A DNA stretch of 64,000 nucleotides from Deinococcus sp. (GTDB taxonomy: Bacteria > Deinococcota > Deinococci > Deinococcales > Deinococcaceae), in the NCBI GenBank assembly GCA_965261005.1, contig OZ253375.1, forward strand, positions 2,848,001-2,912,000, read 5' to 3'. Positions 13,033 through 27,570 of the stretch are shown one piece after another (position 1 is the first letter of the stretch; each line of letters opens with the position of its first letter). Both the position numbers and the translations under genes were made by a program. The notes under the pieces are model-generated. The model made no database searches and had not been told where the DNA came from. It saw only the letters and a program-made list of their open reading frames with translations.

Positions 13033-13255
13033 GGCGTTCCTGACCTTATACGAACTTAAGATGAGTCAAAGACGAATCCGAGCGGAGCAACGGTGTCTCT
13101 TGTCAAGAGGGGACCAACCTCTGAGGAAGTACGCGAGGCGTCTCCAAGGCCGCCCACAGGCAGCACGAGGTTGGTCACGTTCAGCGTACCGCGCCGCTCG
13201 CTGCACAGCAGCGAGCGGCGCGGTACGCTGAACGCTCCCTTGGAGAGCGGGCAGC

Positions 13256-15389
<2,134 letters not shown>

Positions 15390-16370
15390 TCACAGCCGCT
15401 TGTCGCTTGAATGTCCCGGCCGCACCCTCAGGTCCGGCCGGACGAAGTGGGCGGCGTGGTTGGCGGCGACGGCCGCCTCGGCGAAGCCCTGCGCCAGCAG
15501 CTTGAGGTCCCCCCCCGAACTCGACAGGTCGCCGGCCACGAACACGCCCGGCAGGTTGGTCATCTGCCCGCCGCCCGCAAAAATGTACTCTCCCTGCCAC
15601 ATCAGGCCCCACTCCCCAAGCGGCGCGAGGTCGGGTAGGTAACCGTTCAGCAGGTAGGCCGTGTCGCACTCGATCAAACGCGACTCGCCCCTGACGACCA
15701 GTTCGGCGCCGTCCGGCAGCAAACGGCTCAGCTCCACCGGGGCGAGAACCTGAACCTCCCCCCGGCCGCTCAGCTCCCCGAGCCTGTCCAGCTGCCCCGG
15801 CGTGCCGCGAAACAAGGCCCGCTTGTGGACCAGCGTGACCCGCGCCCCCGCGTTTTGCAGCGCGAGCGCCGCCTGGGTCGCTTGGGGAACCCCGCCGAAG
15901 ACCAAGACGTTTTTGCCCGGTACATTGTGGGTATCCACAAAATCAGCACGCACGTCTGGAAACTCTTCGATGCCCGGAACGCTCGGCTGGCGTGGCCGCA
16001 GCGCTCCAATCCCCGCCGCCAGGATCACCGCGCCCGCCGTGTAGGCGCCCTTGTCGGTCGTGACTTGCCAGCGCCCGCCACACTGTTCCAGCCCGCTCGC
16101 CACCTCGCCCAACTGCCAAGCGGGGGAGAAGCGCGCGAGTTGCCCGGTCAGGTCCTGTACGAGCTGCCCGGCGCGGACCTGCACAAACCCCGGCGCGTCG
16201 TAGACGTACTTCTCCGGGTACAGCGCGCTCAATTGGCCGCCGATTTCGGGCCGCGCCTCGATCACGCGCACGCTGAGGCCGCGCAGGCCGGCGTAGAAAG
16301 CGGCGTACAGCCCGACCGGCCCGCCGCCGACGATGAGAACGTCGCTGTATATAACATCGCTGTGCGTCAG
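15390..16370 (-). CDS. Thioredoxin-reductase-like ferredoxin-NADP+ reductase (YumC-like); probable CTG start
   Basis: Frame extends upstream of the ORF call to DVLIVGGGPVGLYAAFYAGLRG; also GGQLSALYPEKYVYD and TNLPGVFVAGD. Confidence 0.85.
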   Translation of the reverse strand: MTHSDVIYSDVLIVGGGPVGLYAAFYAGLRGLSVRVIEARPEIGGQLSALYPEKYVYDAPGFVQVRAGQLVQDLTGQLARFSPAWQLGEVASGLEQCGGRWQVTTDKGAYTAGAVILAAGIGALRPRQPSVPGIEEFPDVRADFVDTHNVPGKNVLVFGGVPQATQAALALQNAGARVTLVHKRALFRGTPGQLDRLGELSGRGEVQVLAPVELSRLLPDGAELVVRGESRLIECDTAYLLNGYLPDLAPLGEWGLMWQGEYIFAGGGQMTNLPGVFVAGDLSSSGGDLKLLAQGFAEAAVAANHAAHFVRPDLRVRPGHSSDKRL

Positions 16371-17794
16371 GGCTGCTCACCCGTGCGGCGCTTTTTGAGG
16401 GCGTCCAGAATTTCCTCGCGCCGGGTCAGCTTGACGCGCGGCCGGCCCGCCGCCGCCCCCGCCGCGCGCTCCAGGGCGTCGAGGTGCAACCACTCGGGCA
16501 GGGTCACGTAGTCCACGCCCTTCTCGCTCAGCCAATTCGTGACCGCCTCCGGGTCCGGCTCGGGGGCGGGCGGCAGGGTGGGCACGTCCTCCAGCAGCAG
16601 CCTCACGGTCTCTGCGGCGTCGGCCTTGTTGGTCCCGATTACGCCGCTGGGACCGCGCTTGATCCAGCCGGCCACATATTCTCCAAAAGACACTTCTCCT
16701 AGAGACACTTCTCCTGAATACACTTCCCCAGACTGACCCAGCACCCGTCCATCCAGGTTGGGAATCACCCCGGCGCGCTCGTCGAAGGGCACGTCCGGCA
16801 GGGCCACCCCCTTGTACCCGACCGAGCGCAGCACCATCTGCACGTCCAGCGTCTCGAACTGGCCGCTGCCGACCGCGCGCCCAGAGGCGTCCAGCGTGTT
16901 GCGCTCGACGCGCAGGCCCTCGACTTGGGCCGTGCCCAGCACCTCCACCGGCGACATCAGAAAGCGCAGGTGAATTCTGCGCGGCTTGCCGCTGGGGGGC
17001 CGCCGCGCGAACTCGCGCAGCACCTCCACGTTTTTGCGCACGGTGTTGTCGCTGATGGCCGCCTCTTCCTCCGGCGTCAGGGCGATTTCCTCCGGCCGCA
17101 CGACGACGTCCGCGCCGGCCAGCTCGCCCAACTCGCGCAGTTCCTTGGTCGTGAACTTGGCCTGCGCCGGGCCGCGCCGCCCCAGCACGTGAATGTCTTG
17201 CACGTGGCTGCGCGCCAGGGCCGCCAAGGCGTGGTCGGCGATGTCGCTGTCCCGCAGCTCGTCCACCGTTTTCGCCAGCACCCGCGTCACGTCCACCGCC
17301 ACGTTGCCCACGCCGACCACCGCCACGCCGCGCGCCGTCAGCACCATCTCGCGCGCCGCCGCGTCGGGGTGGCCGTTGTACCACGCCACGAACTCGGTCG
17401 CGGACAGGCTGCCCTTCAGCCCCTCGCCGGGAACGCCCAAATTGCGGTCCGCCGAGGCGCCGACCGCATACACCACCGCGTCGTAAAAGCGCCGCAAATC
17501 TTGGCGCCCCAAGTCCTTGCCGAACTCCACGTTGCCCAGAAAGCGCGCCCGCGGGTCTTCCAGCGTCTTTTGGTACAGCGCCGTGACGCTCTTGATCTTC
17601 TGGTGATCGGGCGCCACCCCGTAGCGCACCAGGCCGTAGGGGGTGGGCAGGCGGTCCAGCACGTCCACGCTGACCGGCACGTCCTTTTGCCTCAGCAGCG
17701 CCTCGGCGGCGTACAACCCGCTGGGGCCGGAGCCGATCACGGCGACGCGCAACGGGCGGGAAGGGGTAAAGGTGTTGATCATGCTGGCGCTCAT
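16367..17794 (-). CDS. Ferredoxin/adrenodoxin-NADP+ reductase (FprA-like)
   Basis: VIGSGPSG, PYGLVRYGVAPDH, GVGNVAVD, GWIKRGPSGVIGTN. Confidence 0.9.
   Translation of the reverse strand: MSASMINTFTPSRPLRVAVIGSGPSGLYAAEALLRQKDVPVSVDVLDRLPTPYGLVRYGVAPDHQKIKSVTALYQKTLEDPRARFLGNVEFGKDLGRQDLRRFYDAVVYAVGASADRNLGVPGEGLKGSLSATEFVAWYNGHPDAAAREMVLTARGVAVVGVGNVAVDVTRVLAKTVDELRDSDIADHALAALARSHVQDIHVLGRRGPAQAKFTTKELRELGELAGADVVVRPEEIALTPEEEAAISDNTVRKNVEVLREFARRPPSGKPRRIHLRFLMSPVEVLGTAQVEGLRVERNTLDASGRAVGSGQFETLDVQMVLRSVGYKGVALPDVPFDERAGVIPNLDGRVLGQSGEVYSGEVSLGEVSFGEYVAGWIKRGPSGVIGTNKADAAETVRLLLEDVPTLPPAPEPDPEAVTNWLSEKGVDYVTLPEWLHLDALERAAGAAAGRPRVKLTRREEILDALKKRRTGEQP
16681..16729. repeat. In-frame 15-bp tandem repeat x3 inside the reductase gene
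   Basis: ctccaaaagacactt / ctcctagagacactt / ctcctgaatacactt, encoding GEVYS-GEVSL-GEVSF. Confidence 0.9.
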
Positions 17795-17831
17795 CGGGCC
17801 TCAGTGTACAGGGGACACAAAGCCGGCACGG

Positions 17832-18245
17832 TTATTTGTGAACCAAATGCTCCGTTCGCACCGTAAGCTTCAGGGCGCCGCGCAGCGTGTTGGCGACGAT
17901 GCACCCCTTGTCGGCGATCCCCACCAGCTTTCCCAGCAACGCTGGATCAGCTGTTTCGGCGCGGACGGTCAGTTCAATCTCGGCGAAGCGGCTGGGGTTC
18001 TGGGCCAGCGTGCCGGTCACGACGGCGCGCACGTCCTTCACGTCGGCCTCGCGCGCCAGAATGGCCGCCAGCAGGTTGCTCATAAAGCAGCCGCCAAGGG
18101 CCACCAACAGGTACTCGCCGCCCATCATGCCCGCGTCCTCACCGCCCTTTTCGAGCGGGCGGTCTACCGTGACCTGATGGCCGCGCCCGCTCGCTTGCGC
18201 GCCCGTCGCGCTGACCTGCTTAACCTCAACTCGAATGCTCATCAT
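17832..18245 (-). CDS. OsmC/Ohr-family protein
   Basis: DRPLEKGGEDAG, LVALGGC, KGCIVANTL. Confidence 0.88.
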   Translation of the reverse strand: MMSIRVEVKQVSATGAQASGRGHQVTVDRPLEKGGEDAGMMGGEYLLVALGGCFMSNLLAAILAREADVKDVRAVVTGTLAQNPSRFAEIELTVRAETADPALLGKLVGIADKGCIVANTLRGALKLTVRTEHLVHK

Positions 18246-18253
18246 GCCTCCAG

Positions 18254-18282
18254 AAACAAAAACCCCCCGCCTGAGCGGGGGT
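18254..18282 (-). terminator. Intrinsic terminator after ddrI
   Basis: Hairpin cccccgc-ctga-gcggggg followed by a T-rich run on the minus strand. Confidence 0.75.
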
Positions 18283-18297
18283 CGAAAAGGACTTGTC

Positions 18298-18903
<606 letters not shown>

Positions 18904-19127
18904 GTTCTCCTTGGACTTGCTCGGGTCCTACTTGAGGGGTCGAATCTCGGGTGTACCGCTGCGTTGGGACCATCCCAACCTTGATCACAGTGTACACCAT
19001 CTCACCCCTTTTGTAAACTAAAAGGTTTCTTTAAAAACTGTTCACGTCACAATGGGCTTGTCTCACGTTTGGAGACGAAAAAGCTCGGCTGGGCGCGGCT
19101 TCCGAGCGGGTTGCTCATGGGCTGGGC

Positions 19128-19155
19128 AAAAAAAGGGCGGGCCGAAGCCCGCCCC
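19128..19155 (-). terminator. Intrinsic terminator after gyrA
   Basis: gggcgggc-cgaa-gcccgccc hairpin with a T7 run on the minus strand. Confidence 0.85.
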
Positions 19156-19167
19156 AAAGATGGGTCT

Positions 19168-21594
<2,427 letters not shown>

Positions 21595-21674
21595 ATTGCC
21601 CTCCTGAAGGCGCCACGAACCCACGCTGGGCACGCGCTCCCCAACCCTCAGATTGTATCACAAAATAAAGAGTG

Positions 21675-21691
21675 TTCTGCTGTGGACGTAA
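21675..21691. promoter_or_regulatory. RDRM (DdrO-binding radiation/desiccation response motif) upstream of gyrA
   Basis: TTCTGC-TGTGG-ACGTAA fits the 17-bp RDRM consensus; gyrA is a known member of the Deinococcus RDR regulon. Confidence 0.8.
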
Positions 21692-21759
21692 TAACCGGGT
21701 TGTGATGAGCAGGGTGTGGAAGGGCAGAACGCCAGCTCCACGCTCCACAGTCCGCCCCC

Positions 21760-22344
21760 CTAATTCGGCGGCGTGTTCGGCATAAGGCGCGCCAGCACCT
21801 CGAAGCGGCCTACCAGCGAGGGCGCCATCAGCACCTCCTCGCGCTGCTCGCCGCTGAGAGGCAGCAGGGCGGCGCAATAGGTGGCAAGAAACAGCGGCTC
21901 GCCGGGGGCGTTGTCGAGAATCTGGACGGCCTCGCTTGCCCGCAGCTTGGCGACGCCCGCCAGCACCCGCTGGGACACATCGGACAGCGCGTCCGGGTTG
22001 CCCTCTGGCAGGGGCAAGGTGCGCACCTCCGCGCTCAGGTAGCTGCGCGAGGTGTCAAAGGAAACGATCTCGAAGCGCTCGCCGCCCACCGCCAGAATCG
22101 AGGCGCTGCCGTCCTCGTGGTCCACGACCTCGCGCAGGTGGGCGTAGCTGCCCCACGGCGCGCTTCTGGAGGCGAAGGGCAGGCGGCCATCGGCGGACGG
22201 CCGCAGGCGGGTGACGCCGAACGGCTCGCCGGTGTTCCGCACGCGCGCGAGCAGATCCCGGTAACGCTGCTCGAAGATGTACAGCGGCAGCGCCAAGCCG
22301 GGCAGCGGCACGAGGTCGGGCAAGGGAAACAGCGGCAGGGACAT
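21760..22344 (-). CDS. Lon protease N-terminal (substrate-binding) domain protein
   Basis: LPLFPLP...LPLYIFEQRYRDL...GGERF. Confidence 0.85.
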   Translation of the reverse strand: MSLPLFPLPDLVPLPGLALPLYIFEQRYRDLLARVRNTGEPFGVTRLRPSADGRLPFASRSAPWGSYAHLREVVDHEDGSASILAVGGERFEIVSFDTSRSYLSAEVRTLPLPEGNPDALSDVSQRVLAGVAKLRASEAVQILDNAPGEPLFLATYCAALLPLSGEQREEVLMAPSLVGRFEVLARLMPNTPPN

Positions 22345-22388
22345 TTGCCCATGCTGCGCTTTCGGCGCCCTTCGTACTTGCCCGAATG

Positions 22389-23180
22389 CTACAAAAGGCG
22401 GTTCTTGCGGGCTTTGGGCGGGGGTGGGGCGCCCCAAGCGGCGAGCTGCGCCTCATTCACGCCGAGGGCGATCAGCGCCGCGCTGTCCTGCGGCGTCAGT
22501 CCGGCCCCCGGCAACAAGTCCGGCCGCCGCGCGAGGGTGCGCGCCAGCGCCGCGTCCCGCCGCCAGCGCCCGATGCGGGCGTGGTCTCCCGACAGCAGCG
22601 CCTCCGGCACCTCCTCACCGCGCCACTCGGCGGGGCGGGTGTACTCGGGGTAATCGAGCAGACCGCTGGAAAAAGAGTCCTGCTGGTGGGACGCCGCGTC
22701 GCCGATCACGCCGGGAATCAGGCGGGCCACCGCCTCGATCAGACAGAGCGCCGCCGCCTCGCCGCCCATCAGCACGAAGTCGCCCAGGGACAGCTCGCGG
22801 GTGGCCAGGCGCTCCACCCGCGCGTCGAAGCCCTCGTAGCGCCCGCACAGCACGGCCAGGTGCGCCTTTTGGGCGAGTTCTTCGGCCACGCTTTGGGTGA
22901 AACGCTCGCCGGCCGGCGTCAGCAAAATGACCTCGTCCGGAGTTCCAGCGCTGGCCCCAACGGCGGCCAAGGCGCGCTCCATCACGTCCACCCGCACGAC
23001 CATGCCGGCCCCGCCGCCGTAGGGGGTGTCGTCCACCTTGCGGTGCTTGTTGCCGGAAAAGTCGCGCGGGTCTATCAAGTCAAAGGCGATCAGGCCGCGC
23101 CCGGCCGCCTTACCCAGCAGCGCTTCTTGGGTCCAGGGCCGCAGCAGGTCGGGAAAGAGGGTCAGCAGCGAGAAGCGCAC
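22389..23180 (-). CDS. trmD: tRNA (guanine-N1)-methyltransferase
   Basis: [36 protein letters not shown]. Confidence 0.97.
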   Translation of the reverse strand: MRFSLLTLFPDLLRPWTQEALLGKAAGRGLIAFDLIDPRDFSGNKHRKVDDTPYGGGAGMVVRVDVMERALAAVGASAGTPDEVILLTPAGERFTQSVAEELAQKAHLAVLCGRYEGFDARVERLATRELSLGDFVLMGGEAAALCLIEAVARLIPGVIGDAASHQQDSFSSGLLDYPEYTRPAEWRGEEVPEALLSGDHARIGRWRRDAALARTLARRPDLLPGAGLTPQDSAALIALGVNEAQLAAWGAPPPPKARKNRLL

Positions 23181-23711
23181 TTATCCTTCCAACAAGCCCG
23201 GCGGCGCGTCCACGACGACGGCCTCGCCGGACAGCACCTCGACGTAGGGCGCCTGAAGCGGCACCAGCGCCGAAACGCCGCCGCGCTCCACCGACAGGTC
23301 CACCACCAGCAAATCTTGATGGCCGGCGTCCATCACGTCCCTGACCCGCCCGATCTCCTCGCCCGCCGGGGAGCGCACCGGGAGGCCGATCAGGTCGTGA
23401 TAGTAGTACTCGCCCTCCGGCAGCGCGGGCAGCTCGCTTCCCCGGGCGAACACCGCCCGGCCGCGCAACAGGTCGGCGGCCTCGCGCCCCTCGACGCCCA
23501 CGAACCGCACCGCCGCGCCGGGGCCGTGCCGCTCCAGGGCGCGCACCCTCAGCCAGCCGGTCCCCTCCACGAACAGGCGCGTCGCGCGCAGCAGCTGTCC
23601 CACGTCCCCGATCACGAACAGCTTGAGCGCCCCGGCCACGCCGAGGGGCGCGGTCAATTGGCCCACCCGCAGCAGGTCGTCCGCCTCGCTTGGCGTTTCG
23701 GGTCCGCTCAA
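23181..23711 (-). CDS. rimM: 16S rRNA processing factor RimM
   Basis: VGQLTAPLGVAG, LPEGEYYYHDLIGL; synteny with rpsP and trmD. Confidence 0.93.
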   Translation of the reverse strand: MSGPETPSEADDLLRVGQLTAPLGVAGALKLFVIGDVGQLLRATRLFVEGTGWLRVRALERHGPGAAVRFVGVEGREAADLLRGRAVFARGSELPALPEGEYYYHDLIGLPVRSPAGEEIGRVRDVMDAGHQDLLVVDLSVERGGVSALVPLQAPYVEVLSGEAVVVDAPPGLLEG

Positions 23712-23718
23712 GCGCGAC

Positions 23719-23970
23719 CTACGCCCCGCCCCGCCCGCTGCGCGGGGCGTCGAGGTCCACGCTCAGGCGCTCGCGCGGGTCGGCGGCGGCGCGCACCACC
23801 GTGCGAATGGCCTGAATGACCCGGCCGCCGCGCCCGATCACCCGGCCCTCCTCGCCGGGCGCCACGCGGATAAGCACGTTTTGGCCGCGCCGCGTCGCGC
23901 GCACGAGGGCGGGCTGGTCCACCACGCTTTGGGCCAGGTAGAGCGCAAGGTCGCTGGGATCGCTGGGCAT
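23719..23970 (-). CDS. khpA: KH-domain RNA-binding protein (KhpA/YlqC)
   Basis: GRVIGRGGRVIQAIRTVV; lies between rpsP and rimM. Confidence 0.88.
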   Translation of the reverse strand: MPSDPSDLALYLAQSVVDQPALVRATRRGQNVLIRVAPGEEGRVIGRGGRVIQAIRTVVRAAADPRERLSVDLDAPRSGRGGA

Positions 23971-24034
23971 GGCGCGCATTCTAGCGGCAAATAGAATGCG
24001 GCGGGCACACGCCCGCCGCAAGCCAGACGCAATC

Positions 24035-24313
24035 TTAAACCGAGGCCGGCTCCGCCGCTTCAGTTTGCGGCCTGAAGACGCCCTGCGACTTGAGCAGGCG
24101 GCGCGCGGTCTGGGTAGGCTGGGCGCCCTGCGCGAGCCAGTGGCGGGCGCGCTCGACGTCCACCTTGAGGTAATTTTCGCTGGTCTTGCGCGGGTCGTAG
24201 TGGCCCAAATTCTCGATGTAACCGCCGTCGCGCGGACGGCGCACGTCGGCGACCACGATGCGGTAGTGCGGGTTGTGCTTGTTGCCGAAACGGGACAAAC
24301 GAATCTTGACCAT
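24035..24313 (-). CDS. rpsP: 30S ribosomal protein S16
   Basis: [10 protein letters not shown]...PHYRIVVAD...IENLGHYDP...GAQPT. Confidence 0.97.
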   Translation of the reverse strand: MVKIRLSRFGNKHNPHYRIVVADVRRPRDGGYIENLGHYDPRKTSENYLKVDVERARHWLAQGAQPTQTARRLLKSQGVFRPQTEAAEPASV

Positions 24314-24452
24314 GCAGTTTTGCCTTTTTTGCCGTGTGAGGGCCGTTGATGTGAGGGTTGGCTTGAAATCCAACGTGACTGGGCGCCCGCCAGCAGCCGG
24401 CTCCGGGCACACCGGGGGAGTGTAGCAAAAGCGCGCCCGGGGGACAAGAGAA

Positions 24453-25856
24453 CTAAAAATTCGGCGAGATGTAGCGAAAGGCGCCGCCCGCGCTGACGAC
24501 CACCCGGAAGCGCAAGCTGTCGGCGCCGAGCAGGGGCGAGCCGCCCACGAAACCCAAGGTCTGCCCGCGGCTGACCCGCGCCTGCGAGGGGACGCTGGGC
24601 TGCTGCAAGCCGCTGTAGACGGTATAGAGGGTGGGCGTGTGCGCCACGATCAAGGTCCAGCCCTCGTTGGCGTTGGCGGTCTCGGTCAGCACCTGCCCGT
24701 CGGCGGCGGCGCGCACCTCCGCCCCCGGCGCGGCGCTCAGCACGGTCCACGGCCCCTCGCGTCCGTAGGGTACTGAGACGCGCCCCCCTGCCAGCGGCAA
24801 GCTCAATTGGCCCACGCTGCCCGGCAGCGGCGCCGCCTGGGTCTCGGCCTGGTCATCTTGCTGCTGAAGCTGCTGCTGGCGGGCCGTGACGGCCCGCTGC
24901 TCGCGCTCCACGTTTTGGCGGGCCGTTTGCGCCTGCTGGTCCTGCGCCGCTTGACGTTGTGCCGCTTGACGTTGCGCCTCCAAGCGGGCGAGGCGCGCGC
25001 GCTCTTGGCGCAGCTTTTCCTGGGCCTCGCGCAGCTTGCGCGCCTCCTCGGCGCGGCGGGCGCGCTCGGCGGCGAGGCGCGCTTGCCGCTCGGCCTCCAA
25101 GCGGGCGCGCTCGGCCACGATGCCCGATAGCAAGCTGTCTATGGTGTTGGCCGTCACCTGCTGCTGCGCCCGCGTTTGCAGCGCCAGGGCCTGCCGTCCC
25201 TGCTGGGTCCGCTGCAAGTCCTTCAGGGTCGCCTGCTGCTCGACCTGACGGCTCCGCACGTCGGCCAGCTTGCCTTGCAGCTGGACTTGCAACCCGTCCA
25301 GCTGCGCCTGAAGGCTCAGCTGCTGGTCGCGCAGGGTATTCAGGCGCGCCGTCTCGCTTTTCAGGTCCCGAATCAGTTCCACGTTTTGCCGGCCCAGCAT
25401 GTCCGCGTAGCGCCCCCCGATCACCACGTCCGACAAGCTCTTCGCCTGCGAAAGCAGCTCTAGGTACCGGCCGCCGCGCTCCTTGTAAAGGGACAGCATC
25501 AGGGCGCGCACGTTCGCCTTGAGCCGCTCGGTGCGCGCCGTGGACACCGCGACCCGGCCGTCCAAGTCGGCGACGGCCGCCCGCACCCCAGCCACACGGT
25601 CCGCGAGGTCGCCCGATTGCCGCTGAAGGTCGGCGATGCTGGCGCCCAACTGGTCCAGCCGCGCCAGGGCCTGCTTTTGCTGCGCGTCTAGGGCCGCGAG
25701 GTCGCGCCGCAGCTGCTTCAGGCGCTGTTGCTGCGCCTCACTGAGCTGGCGCTGGCTTTGCAGCTGCCGCTGCAAGTCCTGAAGTTTTTGGGAAGGGGTC
25801 TGCGCCCCGGCGAGGCTCAGGGTCAGCAGGGCGATCAGGCCCAGGCGCGCCCTCAC
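24453..25856 (-). CDS. EnvC-like coiled-coil protein with a degenerate M23 domain
   Basis: Signal peptide, long Q/E-rich coiled coil and a C-terminal LytM-like region without the HxH metal ligands; follows ftsEX. Confidence 0.8.
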   Translation of the reverse strand: MRARLGLIALLTLSLAGAQTPSQKLQDLQRQLQSQRQLSEAQQQRLKQLRRDLAALDAQQKQALARLDQLGASIADLQRQSGDLADRVAGVRAAVADLDGRVAVSTARTERLKANVRALMLSLYKERGGRYLELLSQAKSLSDVVIGGRYADMLGRQNVELIRDLKSETARLNTLRDQQLSLQAQLDGLQVQLQGKLADVRSRQVEQQATLKDLQRTQQGRQALALQTRAQQQVTANTIDSLLSGIVAERARLEAERQARLAAERARRAEEARKLREAQEKLRQERARLARLEAQRQAAQRQAAQDQQAQTARQNVEREQRAVTARQQQLQQQDDQAETQAAPLPGSVGQLSLPLAGGRVSVPYGREGPWTVLSAAPGAEVRAAADGQVLTETANANEGWTLIVAHTPTLYTVYSGLQQPSVPSQARVSRGQTLGFVGGSPLLGADSLRFRVVVSAGGAFRYISPNF

Positions 25857-26716
25857 TCCAATTCCCTTAAGTAGCGCGCCGAGGCGATCAAGCTGCCCAG
25901 CACACCGACCAGCACCGCCAGCAGGGCCAGGGCGCCCAGCAGTTGCCACAGCACCGCCGGGTCGCGCAGCAGGGGCAGCGACGGCGCCAGCGTTGCCAAG
26001 CGGGCGATCAGCGCCCGGTAACCGGGGTACAGCAGCGCGCCCGCGATCAGCGCGCCCAGCAGCCCCAGCGCCACCCCCTCGATCAGGTACGGCAAGCGGA
26101 TAAAGCCGCGCGTGGCCCCCAGCAGGCGCAGCACGCCGATCTCACTTCTGCGGGCGAACATGGCGACCCGCACCGCGCTGAGCATGTTCAGCAGCGTGCC
26201 GATCAGCAGCAGCGCCACCAGCGCGTAGCCCGCCAGGCGCACGGCGTAGAGGACCCGCGCGGCCCGGTCCACGTAGCCCGCCCCATACTCGACGTCTGCC
26301 ACCCCCGGCAGCTTTGCCACGGCCCCGGCCACCGCCCCCGTGTCGGTCACGCGCGCCACCCGCAGCCGCACGGTGTCGGGAAAGGGGTTGCCGGCCAACT
26401 CGGCGGCGTCCTTGACGTAGGGATAAGCCTGGGTCATCTCGGCGAGCACCGCGCTCTTGTTCACCACCGTCGCCTCGCGCACCTGCGGCAAAGCCTGCAC
26501 CCGGCTGAGGACCACCAAGGGGTCGGCCCCGTCGCTCAAAAAGGCCGCCACCTCCACCTGCGACTCGATCTGCGCGAGGGCGCGGTCCACGTTGATGGTC
26601 AGCAGCGCCACAAAGCCCAGCATCACCAGGGCGAGGACCATGGTGGTCAGGGTCGCCAGCGTGGCGGTCAGGTTGCCGCGCATGGCGAGCCAAGCTTGGC
26701 GCAGCTGATAGGTCAT
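25853..26716 (-). CDS. ftsX: Cell division permease FtsX
   Basis: GNPFPD, ARRSEIGVLRLLGATRGFIRLPYLIEG. Confidence 0.92.
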   Translation of the reverse strand: MTYQLRQAWLAMRGNLTATLATLTTMVLALVMLGFVALLTINVDRALAQIESQVEVAAFLSDGADPLVVLSRVQALPQVREATVVNKSAVLAEMTQAYPYVKDAAELAGNPFPDTVRLRVARVTDTGAVAGAVAKLPGVADVEYGAGYVDRAARVLYAVRLAGYALVALLLIGTLLNMLSAVRVAMFARRSEIGVLRLLGATRGFIRLPYLIEGVALGLLGALIAGALLYPGYRALIARLATLAPSLPLLRDPAVLWQLLGALALLAVLVGVLGSLIASARYLRELE

Positions 26717-26740
26717 CGGCGCCCCCTCACGACAATGCCC

Positions 26741-27424
26741 TCACAGGGCGTACCCGCCGTAGGGATCGTCGCGCACCAGTCGCCCCTTGCGCAAGGTCAG
26801 GGTGCGGTGGCGAAAGGTCTCCACCAGGTCGCGGGCGTGGGTGGCGACCAGCACGGTGGTGCCGCGCAAGTTGACGTTTTGCAGCACCTTGATCACCTCG
26901 CGGCTGTGGTCCGGGTCGAGGTTGCCGGTCGGCTCGTCGGCCAGGAGGAGGGGCGGCTCGCCCACGATGGCGCGCGCGATGGCCACGCGCTGCTGCTCCC
27001 CCTGCGACAGCTGCACCGGCAGGGCGTACTTTTTGTGCTCCAGCCCCACCAGCTTGACGGCCGCGTCGGTGCGCGAGGCCCACTCGCGCCGGGGCACCCC
27101 CTGCACCCGCAGCGCGAGGGCGACGTTATCAAAGGTGTTCAGGTGCGAGAGCAGCAAGTTGTCCTGAAACACCATGCCGATGCGCCGCCGCAGCAGGGCC
27201 GCGCGCCCCGCCCGGTAGCGCCGGATCGGCTCGCCGTTCACGTACACCTCGCCGCGGGTGGGCAGGGCGCGCTTGAGAATCAGGCCCATAAACGAGCTTT
27301 TGCCCGCGCCGCTGTGGCCGACCAGGTACACGAACTCGCCCTTTTTGACGTGAACGTTCAGGTCGTCGAGGGCCAGCGTGCGGGTGACCGGGTATTCCAA
27401 GCTGACGTGGTGAAACTGGATCAT
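26741..27424 (-). CDS. ftsE: Cell division ATPase FtsE
   Basis: [41 protein letters not shown]. Confidence 0.93.
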   Translation of the reverse strand: MIQFHHVSLEYPVTRTLALDDLNVHVKKGEFVYLVGHSGAGKSSFMGLILKRALPTRGEVYVNGEPIRRYRAGRAALLRRRIGMVFQDNLLLSHLNTFDNVALALRVQGVPRREWASRTDAAVKLVGLEHKKYALPVQLSQGEQQRVAIARAIVGEPPLLLADEPTGNLDPDHSREVIKVLQNVNLRGTTVLVATHARDLVETFRHRTLTLRKGRLVRDDPYGGYAL

Positions 27425-27475
27425 AAGGGCGCGCCGCGAGACGAGGAAAATGACGGAGAACTCGGCATGGCTGCC

Positions 27476-27529
27476 CAGAGCATACCGGAGAATCAGCGCA
27501 TACCGGAGAATCAGGGCATACCGGAGAAC
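27476..27529. repeat. 18-bp tandem repeat x3 in the ftsE/ctpA divergent spacer
   Basis: cagagcataccggagaat / cagcgcataccggagaat / cagggcataccggagaac. Confidence 0.92.
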
Positions 27530-27570
27530 GGGGCACACGGCGCTCATGCGCCCCGTTTTAAAATGAGAGG

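Noticed and set aside
13033..13106. Hybrid IS110 promoter driving glnA
   Set aside because: No -10-like hexamer at 16-18 bp from the outward TTGACA in the integrated state.
27476..27529. Possible CRISPR array
   Set aside because: Units are contiguous 18-mers with no unique spacers, and there are no cas genes nearby.
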